The position numbers and the translations under genes were made by a program. Of a DNA stretch of 64,000 nt, positions 18,544 through 29,195 are shown in pieces. Position 1 is the first letter of the stretch. Each line of letters begins with the position of its first letter. The DNA comes from Nitrospirales bacterium (GTDB lineage Bacteria; Nitrospirota; Nitrospiria; Nitrospirales; UBA8639): NCBI GenBank assembly GCA_963555755.3, contig OY820905.2:256001-320000 (forward strand), in the 5' to 3' direction. The notes beneath the pieces were generated by a model. The model did not search any database. It had not been told where the DNA came from and was given only the letters and a program-made list of their open reading frames with translations.

Positions 18544-18651
18544 AAACAAAGATTTAGGACGACGACTCTGAAACGATAGAATCCTTTCCCCCTTTCCAAG
18601 GGCGTAGGTTCCGTATCGAAAAGTCTTTGTCCATGACGGAGGATTGCTGTA

Positions 18652-20049
18652 ATGAAACTCTGGAATAAATATAAAAGTTTGTTGAAACGTATGAAAACTC
18701 CTGATTCCCAGGAAACCCAGAAAGACGATCTCTGTGTCTGGAACCAGCAGGGAATCTTTGCCCTGATCACTGTAATGTCAATCGTTGGGATGTTGGGTTT
18801 TGCAGCTTTGGGAATTGAGGCGGGGCGATGGTATGTGACCCGGGCTGAACTCTCAAAAGCTGTTGACGCCGCTGCGCTAGTTGGAGCTAAAAATTATTCT
18901 AACCCACATCTCGTCACCGAGGATCTTATGGCTGAGGTCGGGCAAGCGAATTTTACTCCTGGCATGTTAGGGACTGATGGTGAAGCTCAAATTTCGGGGA
19001 CGAAGGAATCAGAAAGCAAAGTCCAGGTTGTAGGCAGCACTAACGTGCTGAATACCATTTCACGTGCGTTGGAAGCCGATGCAAGTGTAGCCACAGGATA
19101 CTGGGAGAAAACATTAGTTGGTTCCTCTGGTTGGGCTCAACAGCGTGAGACAGAAATTGTGTTGCTGTTAGACCAATCAGGGTCCATGAGTGGGGCGATG
19201 GGAGATCTGAAAGCGGGAGCCCAAAGTTTTTTAGACTTCTTCGAAGAGACCGAAGACAATGACTGGTTTGCATTTATTACCTTTGCCTCAGGTGTGACTG
19301 TTGATTTTGCAATGGGCCATGATTTTTATGGACCCATCAGCGATGCCATTGACAATATGTCCGCAAGTGGGGGTACCAATACGGAAGATGCCCTTGATCA
19401 GGCCGATGGGCCTAGTGGCTTTTCAGATCAGTCTAATAAGTCAGGTGATGAAATCGTTCAACAGTATTTGATCTTTTTTTCTGATGGAAACCCCACGGCC
19501 TTTCGGGGAACATTCACAAGAGATGGAAATGACTATGATGCTGTTGGCTATGCAGCAGACTGGGATATCAGTTTGATGAATCCCGATGTACAGTTTCAAT
19601 ATTTGAGCGTTAAACAATATGAAACAGGCGATGGGCTTTCTTCAGGCTCAACCCTGTGCCAGTCTGGCACCCCTCCTGAAGGGTATTCCAATACCAAATG
19701 GGGGGTATTAGACGATGTCGAGTACGGCGTGAATGGGTATAGTGAGTTTTCAGATGTCGATTATTCAGATCTGTTGAATACGACGAATCCTGAGATATGT
19801 AGTTTAGCCAAGTCGAGAGGAAAAGATTACGTTCAAGCCATCACCAAGCAGATGGCGATTGACCATGCACAGGAACTGAAGGACACTGGCATCAAGATCT
19901 ACACGATTGGTTTAGGCAGTATTGATCAAAGTTTTCTCTCTCGGATTGCAAGTGGCTCTGGCTATGAATATTACGCGGCAGACTCTGAAGAACTGACAGC
20001 CCTGTTTCAAAAAATTGCTGCGAACATCAAATTGCGTTTAGTCAAGTAA
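18652..20049 (+). CDS. tadG: TadG-like pilus adhesin with VWA domain
   Basis: Tad N-terminus (AELSKAVDAAAL), MIDAS LLLDQSGSM, FFSDGNPT, IYTIGLG. Confidence 0.88.
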   Translation: MKLWNKYKSLLKRMKTPDSQETQKDDLCVWNQQGIFALITVMSIVGMLGFAALGIEAGRWYVTRAELSKAVDAAALVGAKNYSNPHLVTEDLMAEVGQANFTPGMLGTDGEAQISGTKESESKVQVVGSTNVLNTISRALEADASVATGYWEKTLVGSSGWAQQRETEIVLLLDQSGSMSGAMGDLKAGAQSFLDFFEETEDNDWFAFITFASGVTVDFAMGHDFYGPISDAIDNMSASGGTNTEDALDQADGPSGFSDQSNKSGDEIVQQYLIFFSDGNPTAFRGTFTRDGNDYDAVGYAADWDISLMNPDVQFQYLSVKQYETGDGLSSGSTLCQSGTPPEGYSNTKWGVLDDVEYGVNGYSEFSDVDYSDLLNTTNPEICSLAKSRGKDYVQAITKQMAIDHAQELKDTGIKIYTIGLGSIDQSFLSRIASGSGYEYYAADSEELTALFQKIAANIKLRLVK

Positions 20050-20101
20050 GATTTCGCCAGGTGCTGGTTTGAATTGGCTATCATGAAGGAGTGGCTCTGT
20101 T

Positions 20102-20260
20102 GTGGTACAGATTCTCCAGTTTTTAACCGATGAAGAAGGTGCCGTTGCGGCAGAATATGCTCTGCTGGCTGCGTTAATTGCGGCAGCCATTATTGGCGTG
20201 GTCGGTAATCTAGGGCAAATAGTCCAGCAAGTTTTTACAGACTATATAGCTGCCGTGTAA
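20102..20260 (+). CDS. flp: Flp type IVb pilin 2 (below ORF-track cutoff)
   Basis: AAGGAG then GTG; MVQILQFLTDEEG|AVAAEYALLAALIAAAIIGVVGNLG. Confidence 0.88.
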   Translation: MVQILQFLTDEEGAVAAEYALLAALIAAAIIGVVGNLGQIVQQVFTDYIAAV

Positions 20261-20382
20261 TCCGCTATGGATGGTAGCTGTGAATAGGACAAACAAGAGT
20301 TTGGAGTACGGTAGTGTTGAAAAATGGCCGTGCCGGCTGAAGTGTGCAGGTCGGGACGGCTGTTTTTCTTTTTGAGTTAGCC

Positions 20383-20913
20383 ATGATGCCTCTGTTCTTT
20401 TCTCTGTTGGCTATAGTGTTAGTGGTATTCGCTGCTGTCACGGATCTTCGATGGCACAAGATTCCGAATATCCTCACGTTTCCCTGTATGGGATTGGGTT
20501 TTGTAGGTCATGGGATTGCTTACGGATGGGGTGGGATTGTGTTGAGCCTGGGTGGCTGGGCCCTTGGGCTCCTGCTCCTTTTGGGATTTTACGCGATGGG
20601 TGGAATGGCGGCTGGTGATGTCAAGCTTCTAGCCGCGGTTGGCTCGATTATTGGGCCTGAGAATGTGTTTCAGGTATTTCTGATCGCAACCCTACTCGGG
20701 GGGCTCTATGCCTTAGGGGTGATGATTCAAGAGTCCGGATTGCAGGGCATGTTCCGTCGAGTATGGGCCATGCTGACGACATTGGTGTTAACCGGAAAGG
20801 TCAAAGGAACGCTTGCTGATCTTCAGCAATCCCAAATGAAATTACGCTATGGATTGGTTATTGCTCTTGGGACCATTGCGATACAGTTGCCGAATTGGAC
20901 TGGAGCAATTTGA
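20383..20913 (+). CDS. cpaA: Prepilin peptidase CpaA/TadV (A24)
   Basis: TDLRWHKIPN, GGMAAGDVKLLAAVG. Confidence 0.93.
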   Translation: MMPLFFSLLAIVLVVFAAVTDLRWHKIPNILTFPCMGLGFVGHGIAYGWGGIVLSLGGWALGLLLLLGFYAMGGMAAGDVKLLAAVGSIIGPENVFQVFLIATLLGGLYALGVMIQESGLQGMFRRVWAMLTTLVLTGKVKGTLADLQQSQMKLRYGLVIALGTIAIQLPNWTGAI

Positions 20914-21052
20914 AGAAATGCGAGCTGCGTAATTTTTCTTATGCCTTAATCTAAAGAAGAATGAGTACTTGCCGATAGGGAGAGGGAAAGTGCTTTTCCT
21001 ATCCTGGGGAAGAATTAAATGTTGTGGGCCATGAGCAAGAAAGACGTGTGAA

Positions 21053-21892
21053 ATGTTTCGTAATCGTTCTTTCCTATTTTTCGGATTGGCCGCGGTTTTA
21101 GCCTTGGTCACCTCCATTATGGCGTATAGCTGGTTTCAAGGACAGAAACCTGCCCCACCAGTTGAAGTAACCGACAAAAAATTTGAAGGCACGCAGATTG
21201 TGGTTGCCAATGCTGATTTGCCATGGGGAACTCCGCTCACCAGCGATATGATGAAACTCATTGCGTATCCAGCTGAATATTTACCCGAGGGTCAATTTGA
21301 GAGTCTTGAGACGCTTGAGGGCCGTGTGGTCTTAACCCATCTGAAACGTCACGAACCTATTTTGGAATCAAAACTGGCTCCACGTGATATTACAACAGGG
21401 GGTGTGATTGGCGTGATGCACCCTGAAAACCGTGCCATGTCGGTTCGAGTGAATGAAGTTGTAGGCTTGCCTGGCTTTGTGAAACCAGGTGATCGAGTGG
21501 ACATTATGGTGACATTCAGAAATCCGGTGAAAAAGAAGGGCAAGGTCACGAAGACTGTATTAGAAAATACCCTGGTGCTTGCAACTGGAACCGAAATGGA
21601 ACGAAAGGGGCCAGGTGAAAAACCCAAGGCGGTGAAAGTGATTACGGTCGAAGTCTCGTTAGTTGATGCGGAAAAGCTGGCATTAGCGTCAAATGAAGGG
21701 AAACTGCAATTGGCCCTTCGAAGCCCTTTGAATGCAGAGCCTGAATTAACAAAAGGCGCAACTACTCAGTCGTTAATGACCTCGTATCGAACGGCCACTC
21801 GACCTCGACCAGTTGTTGTGAAAAGAAGGGCTGCTCCACCACAAAGGGTTGAATTGATTACGGGGGAGGAACGGAAGCATCTGAAATTTTAA
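21053..21892 (+). CDS. cpaB: Flp pilus assembly protein CpaB/RcpC
   Basis: SAF domain, RAMSVRVNEVVGLPGFVKPGDRVD, LQLALR. Confidence 0.95.
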   Translation: MFRNRSFLFFGLAAVLALVTSIMAYSWFQGQKPAPPVEVTDKKFEGTQIVVANADLPWGTPLTSDMMKLIAYPAEYLPEGQFESLETLEGRVVLTHLKRHEPILESKLAPRDITTGGVIGVMHPENRAMSVRVNEVVGLPGFVKPGDRVDIMVTFRNPVKKKGKVTKTVLENTLVLATGTEMERKGPGEKPKAVKVITVEVSLVDAEKLALASNEGKLQLALRSPLNAEPELTKGATTQSLMTSYRTATRPRPVVVKRRAAPPQRVELITGEERKHLKF

Positions 21893-22016
21893 CCCGACTT
21901 CCACTGTCCGTGAAAAGTGATCCGTAAACCGTGAAGCATCAGATGGAAGCGCTTCTTCTTCTTTGCAGAACTGATGGTCCTATTACTCATGAACGCCAAT
22001 TGACTGCCCTAATCTG

Positions 22017-23522
22017 ATGAACAGAACGACGAATGTAAAATATTTTGTGGTTCCCCAATTATGGGTTGCACTGAAGGTCAGTGCCCTCCTCGGGGTATTG
22101 TTGCTCATGCTTTTGGGGGAACGCTCATCGGTTATGGCAGAGGGACTAGCCCTTGAGATTGTCCAGGCTGCCAAGCCGCAAACGTTAAACCTCGTGGTTG
22201 GGAAGTCGGTTGTGTTACGGAGTCAAAAGCCGTTTAGACGGGCCTCATTAGCCAATCCTGAAATTGCCACGACACTTGTGTTGTCTCCAAAGCAATTGTA
22301 TGTCAGTGGGAAAACGCTTGGAGTCACAAATCTGACGTTTTGGGGAAACGATGGGAAGGTGTTTGCTGTCTATGATGTTCATGTTGTCCCTGATATTGAC
22401 CAATTAAAGGCTCAGCTTCATGACCTATTCCCTGAAGAAAAAGACATACAAGTGAGAGCCGCGCACGATCATATTACCCTTGCAGGTTCTGTGTCAGGTC
22501 CTAATCTGCTGACACAAGTGTTGGATTTGGCAGAAAGTTATGCTCCGGAAAAAGTGAAAAACCTGATGAGTGTTCAAGGGGTTCAACAGGTTATGCTAGA
22601 GGTCACGATCGCGGAAATGCAGCGTGGGTTACTCCGGCGATTGGGAGTGAACATCACCAGGGTTGGGCCTCGCCAGGAGAGCTTCTCAATTGGAACTCTC
22701 AACGATTTAAGCTCGTTCGATACCGATGATGATGGCGTGTTGCAGCTTTTTACCTCGGCGGCAACGAATTATGTTTTTGGATTTGGTATTGGGAAGGACC
22801 AATTAACCGTCTTTTTAGATGCGTTGAAGCGACATGACTTAACCAAGATTCTTGCTGAACCCACTTTGGTTGTCATAAGTGGGCAAGAAGCCAATTTTCT
22901 TGCGGGAGGGGAGTTTCCCGTTCCTGTTCCTCAAGCCTTTGGGGTAACGACAATCGACTATAAAGAATTCGGAGTCAGCTTGAACTTTAGTCCTACCGTA
23001 TTGAGTAATGGAAAAATCGCATTAAAAATTGCGCCAGAGGCATCTGAGTTAGATTTTTCAGGCGGCATTCAATCTCAAAGCTTTCAAATCCCTGCCATTC
23101 TGACTCGGAAAGTCGAAACAGTCATTGAGATAATGGATGGGCAAAGTATTGCTATTGCGGGTCTTATGCAAGAGAACATTCAGGAATCAATTAATAAGTA
23201 TCCAGTCTTAGGCGATTTGCCAATTCTCGGTGCCTTGTTTCGAAGTACGAGTTTTCAAAAAAATGAAACTGAATTAGTGATTATTGTGACGGCTCATTTA
23301 GTCAAGCCCTTGGATAAGAAGACACAACCACTCCCCACCGATGCCTATTTGGAGCCTAACGACTTTGAACTGATGCTGATGGGGTATATGGAAGGGCGGA
23401 AACCGCAGAGTTTGCCGGGGTCAGAAAATTCGGCATCTTCAGAAACGAGTGCTGTGACTCCTCCTGCTCCTGTAAGTCTCGGAGGAGGGCTGGAGGGGCA
23501 GTTTGGACATCTTGCTCCTTAG
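22017..23522 (+). CDS. cpaC: Tad secretin CpaC/RcpA
   Basis: QQVMLEV, LAEPTL..SGQEANFLAGGEFPVP, LGDLPILGALFRS. Confidence 0.95.
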   Translation: MNRTTNVKYFVVPQLWVALKVSALLGVLLLMLLGERSSVMAEGLALEIVQAAKPQTLNLVVGKSVVLRSQKPFRRASLANPEIATTLVLSPKQLYVSGKTLGVTNLTFWGNDGKVFAVYDVHVVPDIDQLKAQLHDLFPEEKDIQVRAAHDHITLAGSVSGPNLLTQVLDLAESYAPEKVKNLMSVQGVQQVMLEVTIAEMQRGLLRRLGVNITRVGPRQESFSIGTLNDLSSFDTDDDGVLQLFTSAATNYVFGFGIGKDQLTVFLDALKRHDLTKILAEPTLVVISGQEANFLAGGEFPVPVPQAFGVTTIDYKEFGVSLNFSPTVLSNGKIALKIAPEASELDFSGGIQSQSFQIPAILTRKVETVIEIMDGQSIAIAGLMQENIQESINKYPVLGDLPILGALFRSTSFQKNETELVIIVTAHLVKPLDKKTQPLPTDAYLEPNDFELMLMGYMEGRKPQSLPGSENSASSETSAVTPPAPVSLGGGLEGQFGHLAP

Positions 23523-23541
23523 AAGAATTGGGCGGGGATTT

Positions 23542-23919
23542 ATGAATAAACGGCTATTGTTGAATGGGCTTTTGCTGACGCTTTTCTGTTTTGGACTCGA
23601 AGGGTGTCTGGTGTGGCCAGTGATGACTGAGAACTACGGACAGCGTCCGATTGAAATGGGGAAACGAGACCAAGTCTTGTCCCCGACTGCTCCTCAGCCC
23701 ACGAAGTTATCCAGAGATTTTGGGATGGCTCAGAAGGTGGCTCGGGATAGCCAAATCTTAAATCCTGAGTCCCCTGGTCGTTTAGAGCCAGTCGAGGGGC
23801 TAGATGGGGATGTGGGTGTAAAAGCGGTGACGCGCTATCGAGAATTCTTTGAGAAACCTCCTTTTGCAGGGAATGCAAAAAAAGGCTCGAAGGCGGGTGG
23901 AGGTAAGAAGAAAAAATGA
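23542..23919 (+). CDS. Tad-associated lipoprotein
   Basis: Lipobox LEGC; QILNPE..PVEGLDG; between cpaC and cpaE. Confidence 0.75.
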   Translation: MNKRLLLNGLLLTLFCFGLEGCLVWPVMTENYGQRPIEMGKRDQVLSPTAPQPTKLSRDFGMAQKVARDSQILNPESPGRLEPVEGLDGDVGVKAVTRYREFFEKPPFAGNAKKGSKAGGGKKKK

Positions 23920-25178
23920 GCCAGCAATCATGGACCCCAGTTCGGCTCGGTGCCGACAAAGAGGGGAAAAAGCGCGACAACGTGTCGGCCCATATTCTTG
24001 TAGACTTGGTGATTTATCAGGAAGCCGTCAAGAAGACGTTCCAAGACATTCTTGATGCCCACCCAGAATTTCGGGTGAAAGAACCCAATGAAACAGCCGT
24101 GCCCCGACTCGTGATTTTGGAGCTTGATGAGGATCCCGCGAAAACCTTCGCTTTTGTAGAATCAGTGATCCAAGAAGTCGATGGGCGAGAAATATTTCTC
24201 ACGTCGCCTCGGACGGATTCCTCGTTGTTGCTTGAAGCGTTGAGGACAGGGGCCAAAGAATTTTTTCCTCAACCCCTTCAACGGGATGATATTGAAGTTG
24301 CATTGAAGAAATGTGTCATCCGATGCCATCCCACCCCTCAAGAACCACAGAAAAAAATCGGCAATATCATCAGTGTCCTTGGGGGTAAGGGTGGTGTCGG
24401 GACAACCAGTGTGGCCGTTAATTTGGCTTTAAGCCTTCAAAAAGTCGCTTCAAGCCGATCAGTCGTGTTGGTTGAAGTGAATCAGCATGGTGGTGATTTA
24501 GCCATATTTTTTGATATTCAGACGGCGAATAGTCTACGTGATATTGCATCTGACCTTTCTCGGTTAGATGCCGCGCTTCTCAATCAAATTCTGTTAAAGC
24601 ATTCATCAGGGATTCGTATTCTCCCCTCAGGGTATGACGATCTCAGTAGTGGTCGTCTTTCCCCTGATTCGATTGAGCCCATTCTGAAGGTGCTTCAGTC
24701 TTTGTTTGACCAGGTGGTCATCGATTGTGGCCATGTGCTCGATCTTTCCACGAAAAAGGCAGTAGAAATCTCTTCGACCGTCTTGGTGGTGTCAACGCTC
24801 ATTGTGCCGGTGGTACATCGAACGAAACGCATTCTTGACCTCCTTCGAAACTCGGGGGTTGACGGAGGCAAAGTGAAGATCGTGTTTAATCGGTATAGTT
24901 CTGACGAAAAAGAGGTTCTCAAGGAAACGGAGGATGCTCTGAAATTAAAAACATCTTGGGTTATTGCCAATGACTACCCTGCATCTAGTGGGGCTATTAA
25001 TAATGGGACCCCCCTTGTTTTAGCATCGCCTCGCTCTCTGATCACACGGGCCTACCACGATATGGTTGTCTCGATGGGGTATGGGAATGAAGACAAAAAG
25101 GAAAGCTCGAATTGGGTTGGGCGTTTGCGTGGCATTATGGGTGGTCGAGCCAAACCTAAACAAGTTCAAGCGTCTTAA
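23916..25178 (+). CDS. cpaE: CpaE/TadZ (receiver-like plus MinD-like ATPase)
   Basis: EALRTGAKEFF, GGKGGVGTTSVAVNLA. Confidence 0.92.
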   Translation: MSQQSWTPVRLGADKEGKKRDNVSAHILVDLVIYQEAVKKTFQDILDAHPEFRVKEPNETAVPRLVILELDEDPAKTFAFVESVIQEVDGREIFLTSPRTDSSLLLEALRTGAKEFFPQPLQRDDIEVALKKCVIRCHPTPQEPQKKIGNIISVLGGKGGVGTTSVAVNLALSLQKVASSRSVVLVEVNQHGGDLAIFFDIQTANSLRDIASDLSRLDAALLNQILLKHSSGIRILPSGYDDLSSGRLSPDSIEPILKVLQSLFDQVVIDCGHVLDLSTKKAVEISSTVLVVSTLIVPVVHRTKRILDLLRNSGVDGGKVKIVFNRYSSDEKEVLKETEDALKLKTSWVIANDYPASSGAINNGTPLVLASPRSLITRAYHDMVVSMGYGNEDKKESSNWVGRLRGIMGGRAKPKQVQAS

Positions 25179-25209
25179 CTCTCTCATCGCCTGAAGGAAC
25201 CGCAAAGCC

Positions 25210-26523
25210 GTGTTTAGTCCAAACTGGGATGAAAGTGGTATCGGGGTTGCGGATCTTGGTGATCTGAACCATCGCTTGCACCGTCAAGTGATCGAATCTC
25301 TCGATCTCTCCGTTATCTCCAAACTCGATCCTGATCTCCTGAAAGCCGAACTCAGTAATCTTGTCGAGCATCTTCTCGATCAGGAGTCGATTCCCCTTAA
25401 TACTCGAGAACGCGAGCAACTCATTTCCCAAATTCAAAATGAGGTCATGGGGCTGGGTCCGCTTGAGCCTTTGGTGCAGGATCCCACGATCAACGACATC
25501 CTGGTAAATCGTGCCGACCAAATCTATGTTGAGCGTGCCGGGAAACTTGAACTGACTGATGTAAAGTTTCGTGACGAAGCCCATTTACGCAAAGTCATTG
25601 AAAAAATTGTTTCGGCTATCGGTCGTCGAATTGATGAGTCGTCCCCAATGTGTGACGCCCGTCTTGCGGATGGGTCACGGGTCAATGCGATTATCCCGCC
25701 TTTGGCCTTGGATGGGTCCTCAATCTCCATTCGGAAGTTCAGTAAAGATAAACTGCAGATTAGCGATTTGGTCAATAAACGATCATTGACGCCGGAAATC
25801 GCAGAGTTGCTGGAGGGGATTGTTCAGGCCAGGTTGAATGTCATTATTTCCGGTGGAACAGGGTGCGGGAAAACTACTATCTTAAATATATTGTCTAGTT
25901 TTATCCCTGATGATGAGCGAATTATTACCATCGAAGATGCCGCCGAGTTGCAGCTTCGCCAAGATCATGTCGTTCGGTTAGAGACCCGTCCGCCCAATGT
26001 CGAAGGAAAGGGTGAGGTCACTCAGCGGGATTTGGTGAAGAACTGTTTGCGAATGCGACCTGATCGGATTGTGATGGGAGAATGCCGGGGGGCGGAAACA
26101 TTGGATATGCTTCAGGCCATGAACACGGGGCATGATGGGTCTCTCACCACGATCCATGCCAACACGCCGAGAGATTGTTTAACTCGGATCGAAACACTGG
26201 TGGCATTGGCTGGGTTGAATATCAGTACGAAAGGACTTCGCCATTACATTAGTTCCGCCATTGACGTGGTCCTTCAATTGACTCGCTTGTCGGACGGGTC
26301 TCGAAAGATAACCAGTTTGCAAGAGGTCACGGGCATGGAAGGTGAAATTATCACGCTCCAGGAAATTTTTACATTTGAGCAGACTGGCATCACGGAAGAA
26401 CGAAAGGTCATAGGAAAGTTCGCCGCAACTGGCGTGAGGCCGAAGTTCGCGCAGAAATTCCAAGCCTTGGGGATTGAATTGTCTCCAGAAATCTTTGACC
26501 CCCTGAAGGTTTATGAAGTGTAA
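25210..26523 (+). CDS. cpaF: Tad pilus ATPase CpaF/TadA
   Basis: SGGTGCGKTT, TIEDAAEL, LRMRPDRI, AMNTGHDGS. Confidence 0.96.
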   Translation: MFSPNWDESGIGVADLGDLNHRLHRQVIESLDLSVISKLDPDLLKAELSNLVEHLLDQESIPLNTREREQLISQIQNEVMGLGPLEPLVQDPTINDILVNRADQIYVERAGKLELTDVKFRDEAHLRKVIEKIVSAIGRRIDESSPMCDARLADGSRVNAIIPPLALDGSSISIRKFSKDKLQISDLVNKRSLTPEIAELLEGIVQARLNVIISGGTGCGKTTILNILSSFIPDDERIITIEDAAELQLRQDHVVRLETRPPNVEGKGEVTQRDLVKNCLRMRPDRIVMGECRGAETLDMLQAMNTGHDGSLTTIHANTPRDCLTRIETLVALAGLNISTKGLRHYISSAIDVVLQLTRLSDGSRKITSLQEVTGMEGEIITLQEIFTFEQTGITEERKVIGKFAATGVRPKFAQKFQALGIELSPEIFDPLKVYEV

Positions 26524-26531
26524 CGCTGTAT

Positions 26532-27132
26532 GGGAATGTTGAAAAAAGCCACCAGCGGCGTTCTCGCCCTTTTGCCGTGCTCACGTACTAAGAGTACGCT
26601 CCGCGCGTCAAAATGGCTGCGGCCTTTCCTTCGACTCTGCTCAGGACAGGGCTGGAGAGACCCTTCGGAAAGACTCAGGGCATGCTTTTTTGGACCAGTT
26701 GCAATTTTGGTGGAATTGGGACCTATTCCATGGCCCGCCGCAGGTCATGGGGACCGTGTTGAGGGGTGAACAGCCTGCTCAGGCGTGGCAGGAATGGCGA
26801 GATTTCTCCCAAGGGTCGAAATGACAAGAGGCGGAAGTGGTAAGGAGCAAGTCTGGTTGGATGAACAACTAGAAGGCTTCCTTCTGTCATTTCGAGTGTA
26901 AGGAGAAATCTCTTGGCCCGAAAGAACGTGACCCGGGGGGGAATGGGGGAGAGTTCTCCCAAGGGTCAAAATGACAATGGACGAGGGGTGATACGGGCGG
27001 AGTGTAATAGGGTTTCGCCTTACTCCACCAAAATTGGGATTGATCCGCTTTTTTGAACATTCCCTCCCCTTGACGATGCTTGGCTCATCTGGAGCTTTGA
27101 TTGGCTATTGGAGTGCAATATTCAACAGGTCC
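26532..27132. mobile_element. MITE family A (long form) carrying a nested element
   Basis: 5-bp flanking duplication TGTAT; family A IRs. Confidence 0.85.
26692..27046. mobile_element. Nested 355-bp MITE with 8-bp target duplication
   Basis: Imperfect IR GGACCAGTTGCAATTTTGGTGG / CCACCAAAATTGGGATTGATCC; GCTTTTTT on both sides; contains GTCATTTCG-type hairpins. Confidence 0.8.
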
Positions 27133-27198
27133 TGTATCAATCGGTAGGCTTCGGAATGGGGTTTACATGGTTTTGACAAGCAGGGAAGAGATCATCAT

Positions 27199-28173
27199 AT
27201 GACGCTATTTATCAGCTTGGGCATTTTTCTGACCCTGCTACTCTTCTTTGAAGGTGGGCGTTCTGCTTATCATGCTTATCTCAATCCCAAAACCAAGGCA
27301 CTGAAACGTCGATTACGTGGGGCTGCTCAGGCTCCGTCAACGCGATCAGCAGCTAATCAAGTCGAAGTGTTGCGTAAGAGGGCAGCAGGTGGGCTTCCCT
27401 GGCTGGACGCCTTGTTGGCTCGTTTGCCTCGATTAGATTCGATTGAACGTACCCTTCAGCAGGCGAACAGTTCCATGCCCCTTGGAGTCTTCATGCTTCT
27501 GACAGGGGTTTTTGCGTTTCTTGGATTAGGCATTGCGGCATTTAAAAATACCAACCTTCTCATTATGCTTCTAGCGACTATCGGTGGGGGGAGTTTACCC
27601 TTTGTCTATATGGCAAGGCAGCGCAGCCAACGATTTCATGAGTTTCAACGTCAATTGCCTGATGCGCTTGACCTTGTCTCACGGTCATTGCGTGCGGGGC
27701 ATGCTTTTGGGGTGGGTATGAAGATGGTCGGGGATGAATTTCCGGATCCAATAGGGCCTGAATTTAATCGAGCGGTCGAAGAAATTTCCTTTGGAATTGA
27801 GGTGGGTGAGGCATTGAAAAACCTGTCGAATCGCATTGAGTGTGTTGACCTTCGTTTCTTTGTCACCGCTTTAATTGTCCAACGAGAGACAGGGGGGAAT
27901 TTGGCGGAGATTCTAGAATCGATTAGCCGTCTCATTCGGGAACGATTTGAATTGTTAGGACGAATCAAAGCCATATCGGCTGAAGGACGTCTGTCTGGTC
28001 TAATCTTGTTTCTTTTGCCGTTCGGAGTTGGTGGATTATTGTGGAATCTCAGCCCCGCCTATATGGAACTTTTGGTTACGGACCCTCTCGGAGTGAATAT
28101 GTTGACCGTGTCCGGAGTCAACCTCGTCATTGGGGGACTCCTGATGAAAAAGATGATTGCGATTAAGGTGTGA
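27199..28173 (+). CDS. tadB: TadB inner membrane platform protein
   Basis: QLPDALDL..RSLRAGH, QRETGGNLAEIL, SAEGRLS. Confidence 0.94.
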   Translation: MTLFISLGIFLTLLLFFEGGRSAYHAYLNPKTKALKRRLRGAAQAPSTRSAANQVEVLRKRAAGGLPWLDALLARLPRLDSIERTLQQANSSMPLGVFMLLTGVFAFLGLGIAAFKNTNLLIMLLATIGGGSLPFVYMARQRSQRFHEFQRQLPDALDLVSRSLRAGHAFGVGMKMVGDEFPDPIGPEFNRAVEEISFGIEVGEALKNLSNRIECVDLRFFVTALIVQRETGGNLAEILESISRLIRERFELLGRIKAISAEGRLSGLILFLLPFGVGGLLWNLSPAYMELLVTDPLGVNMLTVSGVNLVIGGLLMKKMIAIKV

Positions 28174-28181
28174 GTTGAACG

Positions 28182-29135
28182 ATGGATCAAGCGTTGTTGA
28201 TCAGCATCATGCTTTTCATGGTGACCCTGCTTGTCATGGTGGGGGTTTTTTCTAACATTCGCTCACGGCAAACGGCCAAGAATTGGGGCGAACGCATTCG
28301 AGGGAAAACACCCGAGGTCGAGACGACGGAGGCGCAAAAAGGAGTCGCGTATCTCAGTGGAGCGTTTTTTAAACTCTTGGAACGGTTGGGGCATGCCACC
28401 AAACCCAAAGATCAGGCTGAGACGTCTCGACTTCGAAAAACCTTGATCACCGCGGGCTATCGAGGGGTTGCAGCCCCTTTCATGTTCTTAGGCAGTCAAC
28501 TGTTTTGTGCGGTAGTGTTCGGACTGTTGTTTTTTATCTTTGGAACTGAGGTGGTCAAGGATATTCCCTCAAATTATGTGCCTCTCTTAATTGCGGGATG
28601 TGCATTAGGGGGATTTAAGGTGCCCCAACTCTGGCTGTCATTCGCGGTGAAGGGACGAAAGGAAAAACTGTCAGATGGTTTTCCCGATGCCTTGGATTTG
28701 ATGGTGGTATGTGTTGAAGCTGGCCTTGGACTCGATCAAGCTCTTGCACGGGTTGGCGAAGAAATTAATACCGGTCACCCTGCATTAAGTGAAGAGTTTC
28801 AAATTGTGAGCTTAGAATTGCGAGCAGGTTTTTCCCGCGGAGAAGCATTACGAAATTTGGGGGAGCGAACGGATCTTGGGGAGATTCGAAGTTTAATTGC
28901 CTTGCTGGTTCAAACCGACCGGTTTGGGACCAGTGTTGGGCAGGCACTTCGAGTCCATTCAGATTCAATGCGAACGAACCGACGATTAAAGGCAGAGGAA
29001 TTAGCCGCCAAGTTACCGGTGAAGTTGATGCTTCCGCTGATTGCCTTCATATTTCCGGCGTTGTTGGTGGTGATTATTGGGCCTGGAGCTATTCGATTGA
29101 TGCGGAATCTTCTCCCTGCAATGGGGGGAGAGTAG
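28182..29135 (+). CDS. tadC: TadC inner membrane platform protein
   Basis: FPDALDLMVVCVEAGLGLD, FGTSVGQALR, KLPVKLMLPL. Confidence 0.95.
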   Translation: MDQALLISIMLFMVTLLVMVGVFSNIRSRQTAKNWGERIRGKTPEVETTEAQKGVAYLSGAFFKLLERLGHATKPKDQAETSRLRKTLITAGYRGVAAPFMFLGSQLFCAVVFGLLFFIFGTEVVKDIPSNYVPLLIAGCALGGFKVPQLWLSFAVKGRKEKLSDGFPDALDLMVVCVEAGLGLDQALARVGEEINTGHPALSEEFQIVSLELRAGFSRGEALRNLGERTDLGEIRSLIALLVQTDRFGTSVGQALRVHSDSMRTNRRLKAEELAAKLPVKLMLPLIAFIFPALLVVIIGPGAIRLMRNLLPAMGGE

Positions 29136-29195
29136 TGACAGTGATGAAATGTGGAAGATTGTAGTCCTTTCAGGTCAATGACAAAGGATTGTGAT

